35,910 nucleotides of DNA from Candidatus Woesearchaeota archaeon (lineage in GTDB: Archaea; Nanobdellota; Nanobdellia; Woesearchaeales; JAZDKJ01): assembly GCA_043815525.1 (NCBI GenBank), contig JBDRIZ010000050.1, forward strand, positions 1 to 35,910, written 5' to 3'. Numbering within the stretch: the first letter of the stretch is position 1; each line of letters starts with the position of its first letter. The notes below the pieces were generated by a model, which was not told the DNA's origin, ran no database searches, and saw only the letters and a list, made by a program, of their open reading frames with translations. Positions 1 through 7,968 of the stretch are shown one piece after another. Both the position numbers and the translations under genes were made by a program.

Positions 1-174
1 AGTGTGCATGTGTCAGTTCCTGTGCAGACTGCAAAAACCTGTGGCAGTGCTGCTATTAGCGCTATAAGCAAGAAAACAGCCCTCTTTTTTGCCATTATAG
101 AGGGAATCCTGGTTTACTCATATTTATATTTATTGAAAAAAGCTTCTGAAAACATAAAAACTTATATATTGTGA
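1..174 (+). CDS. possible 3' end of an upstream CDS (C-terminal hydrophobic helix)
   Basis: Frame 1 is open from the window edge for 57 codons up to TGA 172-174. The tail reads ...CGSAAISAISKKTALFFAIIEGILVYSYLYLLKKASENIKTYIL, a hydrophobic helix flanked by lysines. No start is visible and the last codons overlap the AT-rich promoter of the next gene, so coding status is uncertain. Confidence 0.3.
   Translation, partial: SVHVSVPVQTAKTCGSAAISAISKKTALFFAIIEGILVYSYLYLLKKASENIKTYIL
161..170 (+). promoter_or_regulatory. TATA-like box heading the first operon
   Basis: cttatatatt is preceded by an A-run (cataaaaa, BRE-like) and ends 28 nt upstream of ATG 198. No properly spaced SD is present. This fits an archaeal-type leaderless or short-leader start. 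Confidence 0.45.
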
Positions 175-197
175 TTTTTTTAGGTAATCACGGGGAT

Positions 198-821
198 ATG
201 GCTAATCAAAAAGATTTGAGGACTATCAGCAATCTTCAGATTGGTCCGGATTATGTCCTTGTTCATGCTAACACAAAATTCTACCCTAAAGACACTGTCT
301 ATTATGCAGCGTATGTGTTCCTTGACAGGGCACACGTGATTCTGGATGGAGATCCTGAGAAAGTTATTCTCGTTGAGCTTAGACCTAAAGACACCAAGAA
401 TCTGGAAGATCTTGGCAGGGAATTCAATAACGAGATGTTAAGCCACTTAGTATACAAGCAGCAATATGAGATGAATAAGGATGCCCGCGACGCAGTCTTC
501 CAAGAGGTGTGTGCAGGAGTTGAAAGTAGTGAAGTTCCTATTTGCAGCAGCCATGAGGATTTACAAGTATGTAATGAAACTATTGGAGAGATGGACTACA
601 CAAAAGATCCGCTTGGCATAGCAAGGCCGTGGGAAGAAGTGCATGGTAAAATTGAGGAAGGGACTGATAACAATCCACAGTACAGTTACCTGGATGATCC
701 TCTTGGTATAGCAAAGCCGTGGGAAGAGCAGCCCGGCAGGATTCTAAAAGACGAAGGTAATGATGACATGGCAAGTACTGAAAAGTCAGGCAATCATTCT
801 GCTGATGAAAAAAAGAGCTGA
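198..821 (+). CDS. hypothetical protein: ~130-aa N-terminal domain plus acidic tail with two DPLGIA[RK]PWEE repeats (candidate substrate or carrier of the rSAM system)
   Basis: The ORF track gives 171..821 (GTG). ATG 198 (MANQKDL...) fits the TATA spacing better. The N-domain reads ...YYAAYVFLDRAHVILDGDPEKVILVELRPK...EFNNEMLSHLVYKQQ... The C-terminal tail holds two 30-aa repeats. The stop overlaps the next gene start by 17 nt. Confidence 0.8.
   Translation: MANQKDLRTISNLQIGPDYVLVHANTKFYPKDTVYYAAYVFLDRAHVILDGDPEKVILVELRPKDTKNLEDLGREFNNEMLSHLVYKQQYEMNKDARDAVFQEVCAGVESSEVPICSSHEDLQVCNETIGEMDYTKDPLGIARPWEEVHGKIEEGTDNNPQYSYLDDPLGIAKPWEEQPGRILKDEGNDDMASTEKSGNHSADEKKS
594..773 (+). repeat. in-frame tandem duplication, 2 x 90 nt (30 aa)
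   Basis: Unit 1 is DYTKDPLGIARPWEEVHGKIEEGTDNNPQY and unit 2 is SYLDDPLGIAKPWEEQPGRILKDEGNDDMA. The cores at 606-638 and 696-728 are 29/33 nt identical by hand alignment. Confidence 0.8.
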
Positions 822-1701
822 TGTGAAGATAGGGTTTGTCTGCAACAACAACTGCAGGTTCTGTGTGCAGGCGCATAAAAAGCAGTTTGGCAACAGGCCT
901 CTAAGTGATATTAAAAAAGACTTGGAGCTTGCCCGGAATAATTGTGAGGAGGTTGTTTTTACAGGCGGTGAACCGACAATACGTTCTGATATCCTTGACC
1001 TCGTGCGCTTTGCAAAATCTCTTGGTTACACTCAAATTCAGATACAATCTAATGGCCGTAGGTTTGCCTATCCAGGGTTTTGTAGGCAGATAATCGCCTC
1101 CGGAGCAACTGAGTTTGCACCTGCTCTGCACGGCCACTCTCCCAAGCTGCACGATTTTCTTACAGGTAGCACTGGCAGCTTTGACCAGACTGTGGCAGGC
1201 ATAAAAAATTTAAAGTCGTTGGGGCAGAGGGTTATCACAAACACTGTTATTGTCAAGCCAAACTACCGTTATGCCGAAAATATTGCAGAGCTTCTTGTAA
1301 GCCTTCGCGTTGACCAGTACCAGCTTGCTTTTGTGCATCCTATCGGACACGCTATGAAGAACTATGATTCTATTGTGCCTTCTGTAAGCCTCGCAGCACC
1401 TTTTGTGCAAAGGGGCCTTCAGGTAGGTATCGGTTTAGGGATGAGTGTGATGGCAGAGGCGATGCCCTTCTGCACAATGAATGGTTACGAGAGCTATGTC
1501 TCAGAGCTTGTGATTCCGGATACTGAGATAAGAGACCTGCAATATGACCCTGATTACAAGAAGACGAGAAAAACCGAGGGAAAGCAGAAGTTCTCTCAGT
1601 GCAAATCTTGTATTTATGATGGAAGTTGCGAGGGCCCGTGGAAAGAGTATCCTGAGAGAATGGGTTCTGACGAGTTTACCGCAGTCAAGGGGGTGTGTTA
1701 G
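805..1701 (+). CDS. radical SAM protein, small paralogue family (long type)
   Basis: The ORF track gives 760..1701. ATG 805 gives MKKRADVKIGFVCNNNCRFC, matching the paralogue N-termini. Motifs: CX3CX2C (CNNNCRFC), FTGGEPTIRSD, LHGHSPKLHDFLTGSTGSFDQTVAGIKNL, MPFCTMNGYE, CKSCIYDGSCEGPWKEYPERMGSDEF. Confidence 0.9.
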   Translation: MKKRADVKIGFVCNNNCRFCVQAHKKQFGNRPLSDIKKDLELARNNCEEVVFTGGEPTIRSDILDLVRFAKSLGYTQIQIQSNGRRFAYPGFCRQIIASGATEFAPALHGHSPKLHDFLTGSTGSFDQTVAGIKNLKSLGQRVITNTVIVKPNYRYAENIAELLVSLRVDQYQLAFVHPIGHAMKNYDSIVPSVSLAAPFVQRGLQVGIGLGMSVMAEAMPFCTMNGYESYVSELVIPDTEIRDLQYDPDYKKTRKTEGKQKFSQCKSCIYDGSCEGPWKEYPERMGSDEFTAVKGVC

Positions 1702-1926
1702 GTGGCTTGGAAGTGCGACAAGTGCGGCAACACAGAAAGCTTCACTGAAGTCAACACTGTCAACACGCATGTTACCCAGGATAAGAATTCCACACGGATA
1801 TTGAAGATAAATAACATTTACAGGAAGGAGGGGGCACTCAATGTCTGGTGCAACAAGTGTGACAGCGAGGATGTGTCATGGGTTGAACTCACTGACCAGG
1901 ACTCTTCATATCTTACCAGGAGTTAG
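1702..1926 (+). CDS. small Zn-ribbon-like protein (74 aa)
   Basis: A GTG start directly abuts the TAG of the previous gene. The protein has CDKC near the N-terminus and CNKC about 41 residues later (CxxC...CxxC) and an acidic C-terminus. It sits inside the translationally coupled operon. Confidence 0.6.
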   Translation: MAWKCDKCGNTESFTEVNTVNTHVTQDKNSTRILKINNIYRKEGALNVWCNKCDSEDVSWVELTDQDSSYLTRS

Positions 1927-1931
1927 AATGC

Positions 1932-3956
1932 ATGACCAAGGTTGCTGTTGTCGCGTGTGATGGATATGATAAAGTAGATTTGGCCATTGGTCGCGCAATC
2001 AGCCTTCTTGGAGGCATAAACGCTTTTGTTAAAAAGAAGCAGAAAATTTTGATTAAACCAAACTTGTGCGATCCGTTGCCTCCTGACAAGGCTGCAACTA
2101 CTCATCCTGAAGTTGCAAAATCTGTTATTGGAATTGTACTGGGGACTGGTGCAACCCCTGTTGTTGGCGAGCTTTCCGCAGGCAGCATACCTGGCAGGAC
2201 TGAAGAGGCTTTTGTTGCCACAGGCATGAAAGACGTCTGCGCTTCCACAGGGACAAGACTTGTTGATTTTCAGAAAGGTAGCTTTGTTCAGCAACATATC
2301 AAGGAGTATCTATTCCTTGAGAAAACCGACTTTGCAGAAGCTGTCCTTGACTCAGATGCAATAATCAACCTTCCAAAGCTAAAGACTCACGGTGCATGTT
2401 ACCTCACTGGTTGCGTAAAGAATCTTTTTGGGTGTATCCATCCTGAAGAGAGGGAGTATATTCATTCGCATGGTGAGAACTCCCTCAACAATGGTGTGGT
2501 GGATATTTTTTCTGTTGTCAAGAACAAGGTGGTATTGAATATTATGGACGCAGTAGTTGCAATGGAGGGTGATGAAGGCCCAAGCTACGGCAACCCAAAG
2601 AGGTTGGGTTATATTATTGCTTCCACCGATGCTGTGGCAGCAGATGCTGTCGCAGCGAAAATTACAAATCACAATCCAATGGAGATACCGATAATAAGCG
2701 ATTGCCATCACCGCAGGCTTGGCTGCGGCATCCTCAATGACATAGAAATCGTCGGAGATGGCTTTCGCCAGGTGCTTGATTTCAAGGTCCACACAAACTA
2801 CCTAAACAGGCATGACAAGGATAAAAAATCAAGGCTGCAGCCAGTAATTACATCTGCCTGCACGAGATGCTCTGCTTGCGAGAAGAGCTGCCCTGCTCAG
2901 GCGATTTCCTATAGTGATGATAAGGCAAGGTTTGAAATCGACCAAATAAAGTGCATCAAGTGCTATTGCTGCCTCGAGGTGTGCATCTTTGCGGCAATAA
3001 AGCTTGAGACTTCTGCGAGGCCAGCAGACCTTATTCGCCTCGGCCTAAACTGCAACCACAAGTGCCTGTTCTGCACTGTTGGTTTGGACAGGACTCCTGA
3101 TCTGTCCACAAAAGAGGTAATGAACCTCATCGATGTTTTGGCTGCGAATGGTTCGCAGAAACTTGCTTTTACCGGCGGAGAACCAACTTTGAGGCCTGAC
3201 CTTTTTGCTCTGGTGGCATACGCACGATCAAGGGGGATTAAGATAATTGAGTTGCAGACCAACGCTTCAGAAATTTCCAAAGCAGGCTATGCAAAAGCAA
3301 TAACTGACGCTGGAATCAGCCATTTCATGGTCGCCCTGCACTCGGACAAGGAAGAGGTTTACAACAAGCTTACACAAAGCAGGCATTTCAAAAACGCTGT
3401 TGGAGGAGTAAAAAATCTGCTTAAGTTTCCTGTAACAATAACAATTTCGCATGTGATAAATTCAGAGAACTATAAGGGCCTTGAGTCGTTTGTCAATTTT
3501 GTGCATTCAGAATTTCTTGCAAAACCATGCATTTATTTTGGTTTTGTGAGGCCGAATGGCACTGCAAAGGCAAACAAGTGGATTGTTCCAAAGATGAGCC
3601 TTGTCGAGCCATACCTGCATAAGGCTTTTGCAAAATGCGCAGCTCTTGGGATTGTTTTCATGGTTGAGGGTTTGCCTTTATGCTACATGCAGGGTTACGA
3701 GCAGCATAACGACGAGACAAGGCGCCTGCTCTGTTCTCCGGCTGTGCATCTCGAGGCAGGTGTTGTAAGAGATGACACTCATAAGAGGCATCTTGTGGAC
3801 AATAAAGGAGAGGCAGAGTGCTGCGATGTCTGCAGCCTGTCCAAACTGTGCCCGAGAGTCTGGAAAGAGTATTCTGACATCTACGGGACTGGCGAGCTTT
3901 TTCCTGTATTTGACGAGAAACTAAAGGATAGTCTGAAGGTGTTTTTCAGTGGTTGA
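1932..3956 (+). CDS. tri-domain fusion: DUF362 + 2x[4Fe-4S] ferredoxin + small-family radical SAM
   Basis: The N-terminus has DUF362 hallmarks: KVAVVACDGYD, ILIKPNLCDP...ATTHPEV, LPKLKTHG...TGCVKNLFG, DAVVAMEGDEGPSYGNP. The ferredoxin motifs CTRCSACEKSCP and CIKCYCCLEVC start at nt 2859. The rSAM core has CNHKCLFC (nt 3051-3074), FTGGEPTLRPD, LPLCYMQGYE and CDVCSLSKLCPRVWKEY. AGGAG lies 9 nt upstream of the ATG. Confidence 0.92.
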   Translation: MTKVAVVACDGYDKVDLAIGRAISLLGGINAFVKKKQKILIKPNLCDPLPPDKAATTHPEVAKSVIGIVLGTGATPVVGELSAGSIPGRTEEAFVATGMKDVCASTGTRLVDFQKGSFVQQHIKEYLFLEKTDFAEAVLDSDAIINLPKLKTHGACYLTGCVKNLFGCIHPEEREYIHSHGENSLNNGVVDIFSVVKNKVVLNIMDAVVAMEGDEGPSYGNPKRLGYIIASTDAVAADAVAAKITNHNPMEIPIISDCHHRRLGCGILNDIEIVGDGFRQVLDFKVHTNYLNRHDKDKKSRLQPVITSACTRCSACEKSCPAQAISYSDDKARFEIDQIKCIKCYCCLEVCIFAAIKLETSARPADLIRLGLNCNHKCLFCTVGLDRTPDLSTKEVMNLIDVLAANGSQKLAFTGGEPTLRPDLFALVAYARSRGIKIIELQTNASEISKAGYAKAITDAGISHFMVALHSDKEEVYNKLTQSRHFKNAVGGVKNLLKFPVTITISHVINSENYKGLESFVNFVHSEFLAKPCIYFGFVRPNGTAKANKWIVPKMSLVEPYLHKAFAKCAALGIVFMVEGLPLCYMQGYEQHNDETRRLLCSPAVHLEAGVVRDDTHKRHLVDNKGEAECCDVCSLSKLCPRVWKEYSDIYGTGELFPVFDEKLKDSLKVFFSG

Positions 3957-4776
3957 CTTAGGCATTGGAGACAGATGCAACAGCAGTTGCATAATGTGCA
4001 CAACAGTGAGGCCAGAGGACAAAAAGGTGGAGAACCGCATGCTCTCAAAGGAAGAGGTCTTTTCGATGATTGACAAAATGGAGAGGCCACCTTACATAGC
4101 TATCACAGGTGGCGAGCCTACAATAAGAAAAGACTTAACCGAGATAGTAGGTCATGCCAGAAATCGTTTTCCAGCTGCAGAGATAAAGCTTTTGACAAAC
4201 GCCAGGATGGCCAGCTATCCTGACTACGCAAACGACTTGCTCAGCACAGGTATTGATGTGTATATAATCCCTTTGCACAGCCATCACCCTGACCTTCATG
4301 ATTTTGTAACAAGGACAAAAGGAAGCTTTGTTCAGACCGTACAGGGCATCAGGAATTTATCAAAGGCAAAGATCGAGATAAGGATAGTCATCCATGGGAT
4401 TAACTATCCATTCCTTCCAGAGACTGCAGAGTTCATCAGGGATAATTTCCCCGGCGCCTCGGTTGTTATGATTTATTTTGACATAATTGGCAGCGCATTC
4501 ATCAACAGGGATCGGCTTGTTGTGCAGATGACCAGGATAGCACCTTATCTCGAAAAGGCTATTGATGTCTTGCAGCAGAATGACATCCATACCTATCATT
4601 TTCCTTTATGCGTCCTTGGCCTGCGCTACCGCGATAGTGCCAAAGGTGTGACTGTTGTTGGTCACAGGATAATGTTCGCAGACAGTTGTGCAGCATGCAG
4701 CATGAAGTCTAAGTGTTGCGGGATTTGGAAAGCTTATGCAAAGCTGGTCGGTACCGGAGAGTTCAAGCCAATATGA
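3949..4776 (+). CDS. radical SAM protein, small paralogue family (short type)
   Basis: The GTG start overlaps the upstream stop by 8 nt. Motifs: CNSSCIMC, ITGGEPTIRKD, LHSHHPDLHDFVTRTKGSFVQTVQGIRNL, FPLCVLG, CAACSMKSKCCGIWKAYAKLVGTGEF. Confidence 0.9.
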   Translation: MVDLGIGDRCNSSCIMCTTVRPEDKKVENRMLSKEEVFSMIDKMERPPYIAITGGEPTIRKDLTEIVGHARNRFPAAEIKLLTNARMASYPDYANDLLSTGIDVYIIPLHSHHPDLHDFVTRTKGSFVQTVQGIRNLSKAKIEIRIVIHGINYPFLPETAEFIRDNFPGASVVMIYFDIIGSAFINRDRLVVQMTRIAPYLEKAIDVLQQNDIHTYHFPLCVLGLRYRDSAKGVTVVGHRIMFADSCAACSMKSKCCGIWKAYAKLVGTGEFKPI

Positions 4777-6137
4777 AACGAGTTGTTTTGGTCTGGCCTT
4801 TTGACCACTGCCACTCGCCTAGCCTTTCTCTTTTGTACCAGGCAAAGATATTGAATGGTTCCTATGATGTTTCCGTTGTTTATTCAAACCAGCTTTTCTC
4901 TTCTGATAATCTTAGTCTGCCTCTTGAGGTGCAAGAAGAGCCTGAGCGTAGCCTAAAAAAGGTTGCAAGCGTGGTTGCCAAGCTGGATCCTGATTACGTA
5001 TGCATCGGAAGCTACAGGCAGCACACTCCTTTTATTGACAGGTTTGCCAAGCAGTTCCGGATGCAGCATGATGCTGCCTTGATTGCAACCGGCTATGTCC
5101 CGACATTTTCTCCAGAGGAGATGCTTTCTTTGACACCTGAGATTGAATTCATTCTTCGCGGCGAATCTGAGCGCTCGCTTAAGAATTTGTTGGACAGTCT
5201 TTCCAAATCACAAAGTCAGTCTGAAGTGAAAGGGCTTTCTATGAAAAAAGATGGAGTCTTCCATCACAACCCGACCGACAGAATTGAAGATTTGGATTCA
5301 CTGCCTTTGTTTGATTTTGAGGATATTGTGGGAAACAGGCCAAAAAGGATTGACATCCGCTCTTCTCTGGGTTGCATTATGGACTGCCGCTTCTGCGGTC
5401 TTCACAAGATGTGGCCAAGGCCTGTCAGGTATCATAGCGAAGATTATGTGCTTCGCCAAATCAAGCATCTGGACAGCCTGTATTCCATGGAGTTTGTGCA
5501 TTTTATAGACGAGATGTTTCTCTGTAATGTCAAAAGGGCAGAGTCTCTTGCGCAAGCCATCCACAGGAATTTTCCTTATCTTAAATGGGGTTGCATGTTC
5601 AGAAATGATACAGTTAGCGAGTCTGTAGCAAGCCTGCTGAAAGATTCTGGCTTGGTTAACGCAGCTGTTGGAGTGGAATCCAACAACCCAAAGGTGTTGC
5701 AGTTCCTGCAAAAGACCAAGTCGCCATCCAGCTACCTCGCAGGCATTAACAAGAATATTGACATGCTAAAGGAGAAGCTTGAGTTCCTTGAGTTGGGTTT
5801 TATCACAGGCACTCCTGTTGAGACTGCGTCAGACATCCTTTCGCTGATTGAGTTTGTGCAGGATATTAAAAATGACAGGAAAGAGCTGAAGGACCTGAGG
5901 ATAGCGCTTGGAAGGCTTGTCATCTACGCAGGTTCGGATCTCTATTCAAGAATTGGTCAGTTCAACATGGTCAAGGATGAGATGAGGTATTCTGCATACC
6001 AGAAATTCTTCGAAGCAGGCTATGACCGCTTGTTCTGGGCTGTTCCGTGGAACTATCTTGCAGAAAATAAGAACTTCAGGAGCCATGCAGACTACATGGA
6101 GATTCTATCCAAAGCTTTCGAGGCTGCAAGAACATGA
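4773..6137 (+). CDS. B12-binding-domain-type (class B-like) radical SAM protein
   Basis: The ORF track gives 4713..6137. ATG 4773 forms an ATGA overlap with the upstream stop (MKRVVLVWPF...). The N-terminal Rossmann-like region carries RGESERSLKNLLDSL, followed by SSLGCIMDCRFCGL (CX3CX2C) about 215 aa in. Confidence 0.88.
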   Translation: MKRVVLVWPFDHCHSPSLSLLYQAKILNGSYDVSVVYSNQLFSSDNLSLPLEVQEEPERSLKKVASVVAKLDPDYVCIGSYRQHTPFIDRFAKQFRMQHDAALIATGYVPTFSPEEMLSLTPEIEFILRGESERSLKNLLDSLSKSQSQSEVKGLSMKKDGVFHHNPTDRIEDLDSLPLFDFEDIVGNRPKRIDIRSSLGCIMDCRFCGLHKMWPRPVRYHSEDYVLRQIKHLDSLYSMEFVHFIDEMFLCNVKRAESLAQAIHRNFPYLKWGCMFRNDTVSESVASLLKDSGLVNAAVGVESNNPKVLQFLQKTKSPSSYLAGINKNIDMLKEKLEFLELGFITGTPVETASDILSLIEFVQDIKNDRKELKDLRIALGRLVIYAGSDLYSRIGQFNMVKDEMRYSAYQKFFEAGYDRLFWAVPWNYLAENKNFRSHADYMEILSKAFEAART

Positions 6138-7024
6138 GCGAGGCATTCATCAAGCTTGACTTCCGCTGCAACCAGGAGTGCCTGTTCTGCTGCACCTCTG
6201 ATGACAAGGACTCGCTTTCAGCAGAAGAGGCAAGGAATCTTATCGCGAAGTACGTTAATGACATGGGTTACAGAACAGTTTGTTTTACTGGCGGAGAGCC
6301 CACCTTAAGGCCTGACCTGCCAGAGCTTGTGAGTTATGCAAAAAGCCTGTCAGCAGAGGTAAAGTTGCAGACTAACGGATCGCTCTTGTATGACAAAAAG
6401 ATAGCTAGCCAATTAGTCGACGCTGGCGTCACAAGGGCTCTTGTGTCAATCCATTCTCATAAGGATGAAATAAACGATTTTATCACCAACACACCCGGTA
6501 GCCTGCAAAAGTCTCTTTCCGGCATACAGAATCTGCTCGAGTTAGGAGTTGATATTCATCTCGCATATGTAATCACCAACCAGAATATCGAACTCACTGA
6601 CTTTGTGAGGTTTGTTAAGTCCAGGTTTCCTGTAATCAACTTCTTTTTGTTTTTTTTGCCATATCCTTTGGCACGTGGCTGGCGCAATCGCCAGTACGTG
6701 CCTAGACTTGGGGATATTGAAAAAAACCTTTCCGAATTGTACGGCTACTGCAAATCAAAAGGGATTGGCTTCTCAACGCGGGGAATTCCGCTCTGCTACA
6801 TGGCTGGCTTCGAAAATCACTCTTCTGAAACTCAAGCTTTGATGTCTGAGGAAAAGCCGATGGTCATTAACGACTATGAGGTGCTTGAGCCAAAGCACAG
6901 CTTTGAAGAAACAAACGTAAAGGATGATTGCTGCAAATTTTGTGCTGTGAACGACTGTTGCGGCGGTGTCTGGAGATACTATCCTGACATTCACAAACAT
7001 CAATTATGGCCGGTGGTGAGATGA
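6134..7024 (+). CDS. radical SAM protein, small paralogue family (short type)
   Basis: ATGA overlap with the upstream gene. Motifs: CNQECLFCC, FTGGEPTLRPD, IHSHKDEINDFITNTPGSLQKSLSGIQNL, IPLCYMAGFE, CKFCAVNDCCGGVWRYY. Confidence 0.9.
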   Translation: MSEAFIKLDFRCNQECLFCCTSDDKDSLSAEEARNLIAKYVNDMGYRTVCFTGGEPTLRPDLPELVSYAKSLSAEVKLQTNGSLLYDKKIASQLVDAGVTRALVSIHSHKDEINDFITNTPGSLQKSLSGIQNLLELGVDIHLAYVITNQNIELTDFVRFVKSRFPVINFFLFFLPYPLARGWRNRQYVPRLGDIEKNLSELYGYCKSKGIGFSTRGIPLCYMAGFENHSSETQALMSEEKPMVINDYEVLEPKHSFEETNVKDDCCKFCAVNDCCGGVWRYYPDIHKHQLWPVVR

Positions 7025-7968
7025 AGCGCGACAGAAGGCTTGAGCTCCTTGTGGGCTACACCTGCAACAACAACTGCATGTTCTGCTACGTTGCAGCCGA
7101 GAGGGAAAAGTTCAAGGACAAGACAACTTCTGAACTAAAAAAGGATATGCTGGCTGCGAGGAAAAGAGGCACAACTGAACTCGCGTTTCTCGGTGGAGAG
7201 CCAACAATCAGGCCTGACCTGCTGGAGCTCGTGCGTTTTGCAGTGGACAACGGCTTTGAGCATATCAAGGTAACCACCAACGGCAGGATGATGAGCTATC
7301 CTGCTTTTGTCGATTCCATTGTTTTGGCAGGCATTACAAAAGTTCTTTTCTCTTTTCACAGCAGTAAGGGTGAGATTCACGATAAATTGACGAGGGTTGA
7401 AGGCAGCTTCAGGCAGCTCATGCAGGCAGTATCAAACGTTAAAAGGCACCCGCAAGTGGCAATAGAGACAAACTCCACAATCACAAAGCATAATCACACC
7501 GGCCTCCCGGATATGGCAAGGCTTTTTATCAGTCTCGGTATGTTATCATCCGAGTTCATATTCGTGTTCCCGTTCGGAAACAGCCTCAAGAACTTTCACG
7601 ACATCGTTCCTTCCTACAAAGAGTCAGCCAGGTTTATGGTCGAGGCTTTGGAAATTGGGGCAACAAGTAAAACCAAGGTGCTGATGCGTTATGTTCCTTT
7701 TTGTATTCTACCTAACCATATTGGTTATATTGCAGAACTTTACGACCCTCCTGAGCGCGAGCAGGTTGGTCCTGGCTTCGAGACACTTGATGTGATAAAA
7801 ATGCGAAAAACTGTTGATAGGGCACAGTTGGACAAGTGCAATGCTTGCAAGTTTACCCTTGTCTGTGAAGGCCCTTGGAAAATCTATCCAAGATTTATGG
7901 GCTCTGACGAGTTCAACCCAATTGACGGACAAAAGGTTATTGATGTGGGTGAGTTAAGGCAATGGTAG
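7021..7968 (+). CDS. radical SAM protein, small paralogue family (long type)
   Basis: The ORF track gives 7006..7968. ATG 7021 gives an ATGA overlap and MKRDRRLELLVGYTCNNNCMFC. Further motifs: FLGGEPTIRPD, VPFCILPNH, CNACKFTLVCEGPWKIYPRFMGSDEF. GGTGGTGAG lies upstream. Confidence 0.9.
   Translation: MKRDRRLELLVGYTCNNNCMFCYVAAEREKFKDKTTSELKKDMLAARKRGTTELAFLGGEPTIRPDLLELVRFAVDNGFEHIKVTTNGRMMSYPAFVDSIVLAGITKVLFSFHSSKGEIHDKLTRVEGSFRQLMQAVSNVKRHPQVAIETNSTITKHNHTGLPDMARLFISLGMLSSEFIFVFPFGNSLKNFHDIVPSYKESARFMVEALEIGATSKTKVLMRYVPFCILPNHIGYIAELYDPPEREQVGPGFETLDVIKMRKTVDRAQLDKCNACKFTLVCEGPWKIYPRFMGSDEFNPIDGQKVIDVGELRQW

Noticed and set aside
80-104. Hairpin ccctc-(15 nt)-gaggg with a T6 run, considered as a terminator for the upstream gene.
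   Set aside because: It has only a 5-bp stem with a 15-nt loop, and it lies inside the frame that stays open to 174. That is too weak to call.
760-804. N-terminal extensions offered by the ORF track: 760, 4713, 7006, 8735, 9708, 15270, 24367, 29364 and 35703, plus 171 for the first gene.
   Set aside because: Each extension overlaps the preceding gene extensively or runs into promoter sequence. Internal ATGs give ATGA-type coupling and N-termini that match the paralogues (MKR..., M-x-[IV]-K-L...). I therefore used the shorter forms. The exact starts remain unverified.
805-1701. Calling the small rSAM paralogues MoaA (molybdenum cofactor biosynthesis), since the N-terminal half (CNxxCxFC, GGEPT, TNG) resembles MoaA.
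   Set aside because: Twelve copies in one locus, no moaB/C/D/E neighbours, and a different C-terminal motif (CxxCx5CxGxW...EF rather than the MoaA auxiliary-cluster and GG tail) all argue against a MoaA assignment.
1699-1704. An in-frame TAG separates the rSAM ORF 805..1701 from the 74-aa ORF. It could be amber read-through or pyrrolysine recoding, which is tempting given the corrinoid methyltransferase genes nearby.
   Set aside because: TAG is the apparent stop of many other genes here (ends at 7968, 9742, 14318, 15301, 18793, 34857), and in-frame stops follow soon after at least some of them. The rSAM paralogues also all end naturally right after the G-x2-EF motif, where this TAG sits. No MttB/MtmB-type gene or pyl gene is visible.
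2379-2792. Long antisense or out-of-frame ORFs nested in strong genes: 2379..2792, 5298..5711, 12706..13113, 14153..14578, 16796..17218, 26040..26462, 34845..35303, 20740..21051 and others.
   Set aside because: They lie entirely within or across ORFs that carry unmistakable domain motifs on the other strand or frame. Their translations are low-complexity or Cys/His/Arg-rich shadow sequences with no recognisable motifs.
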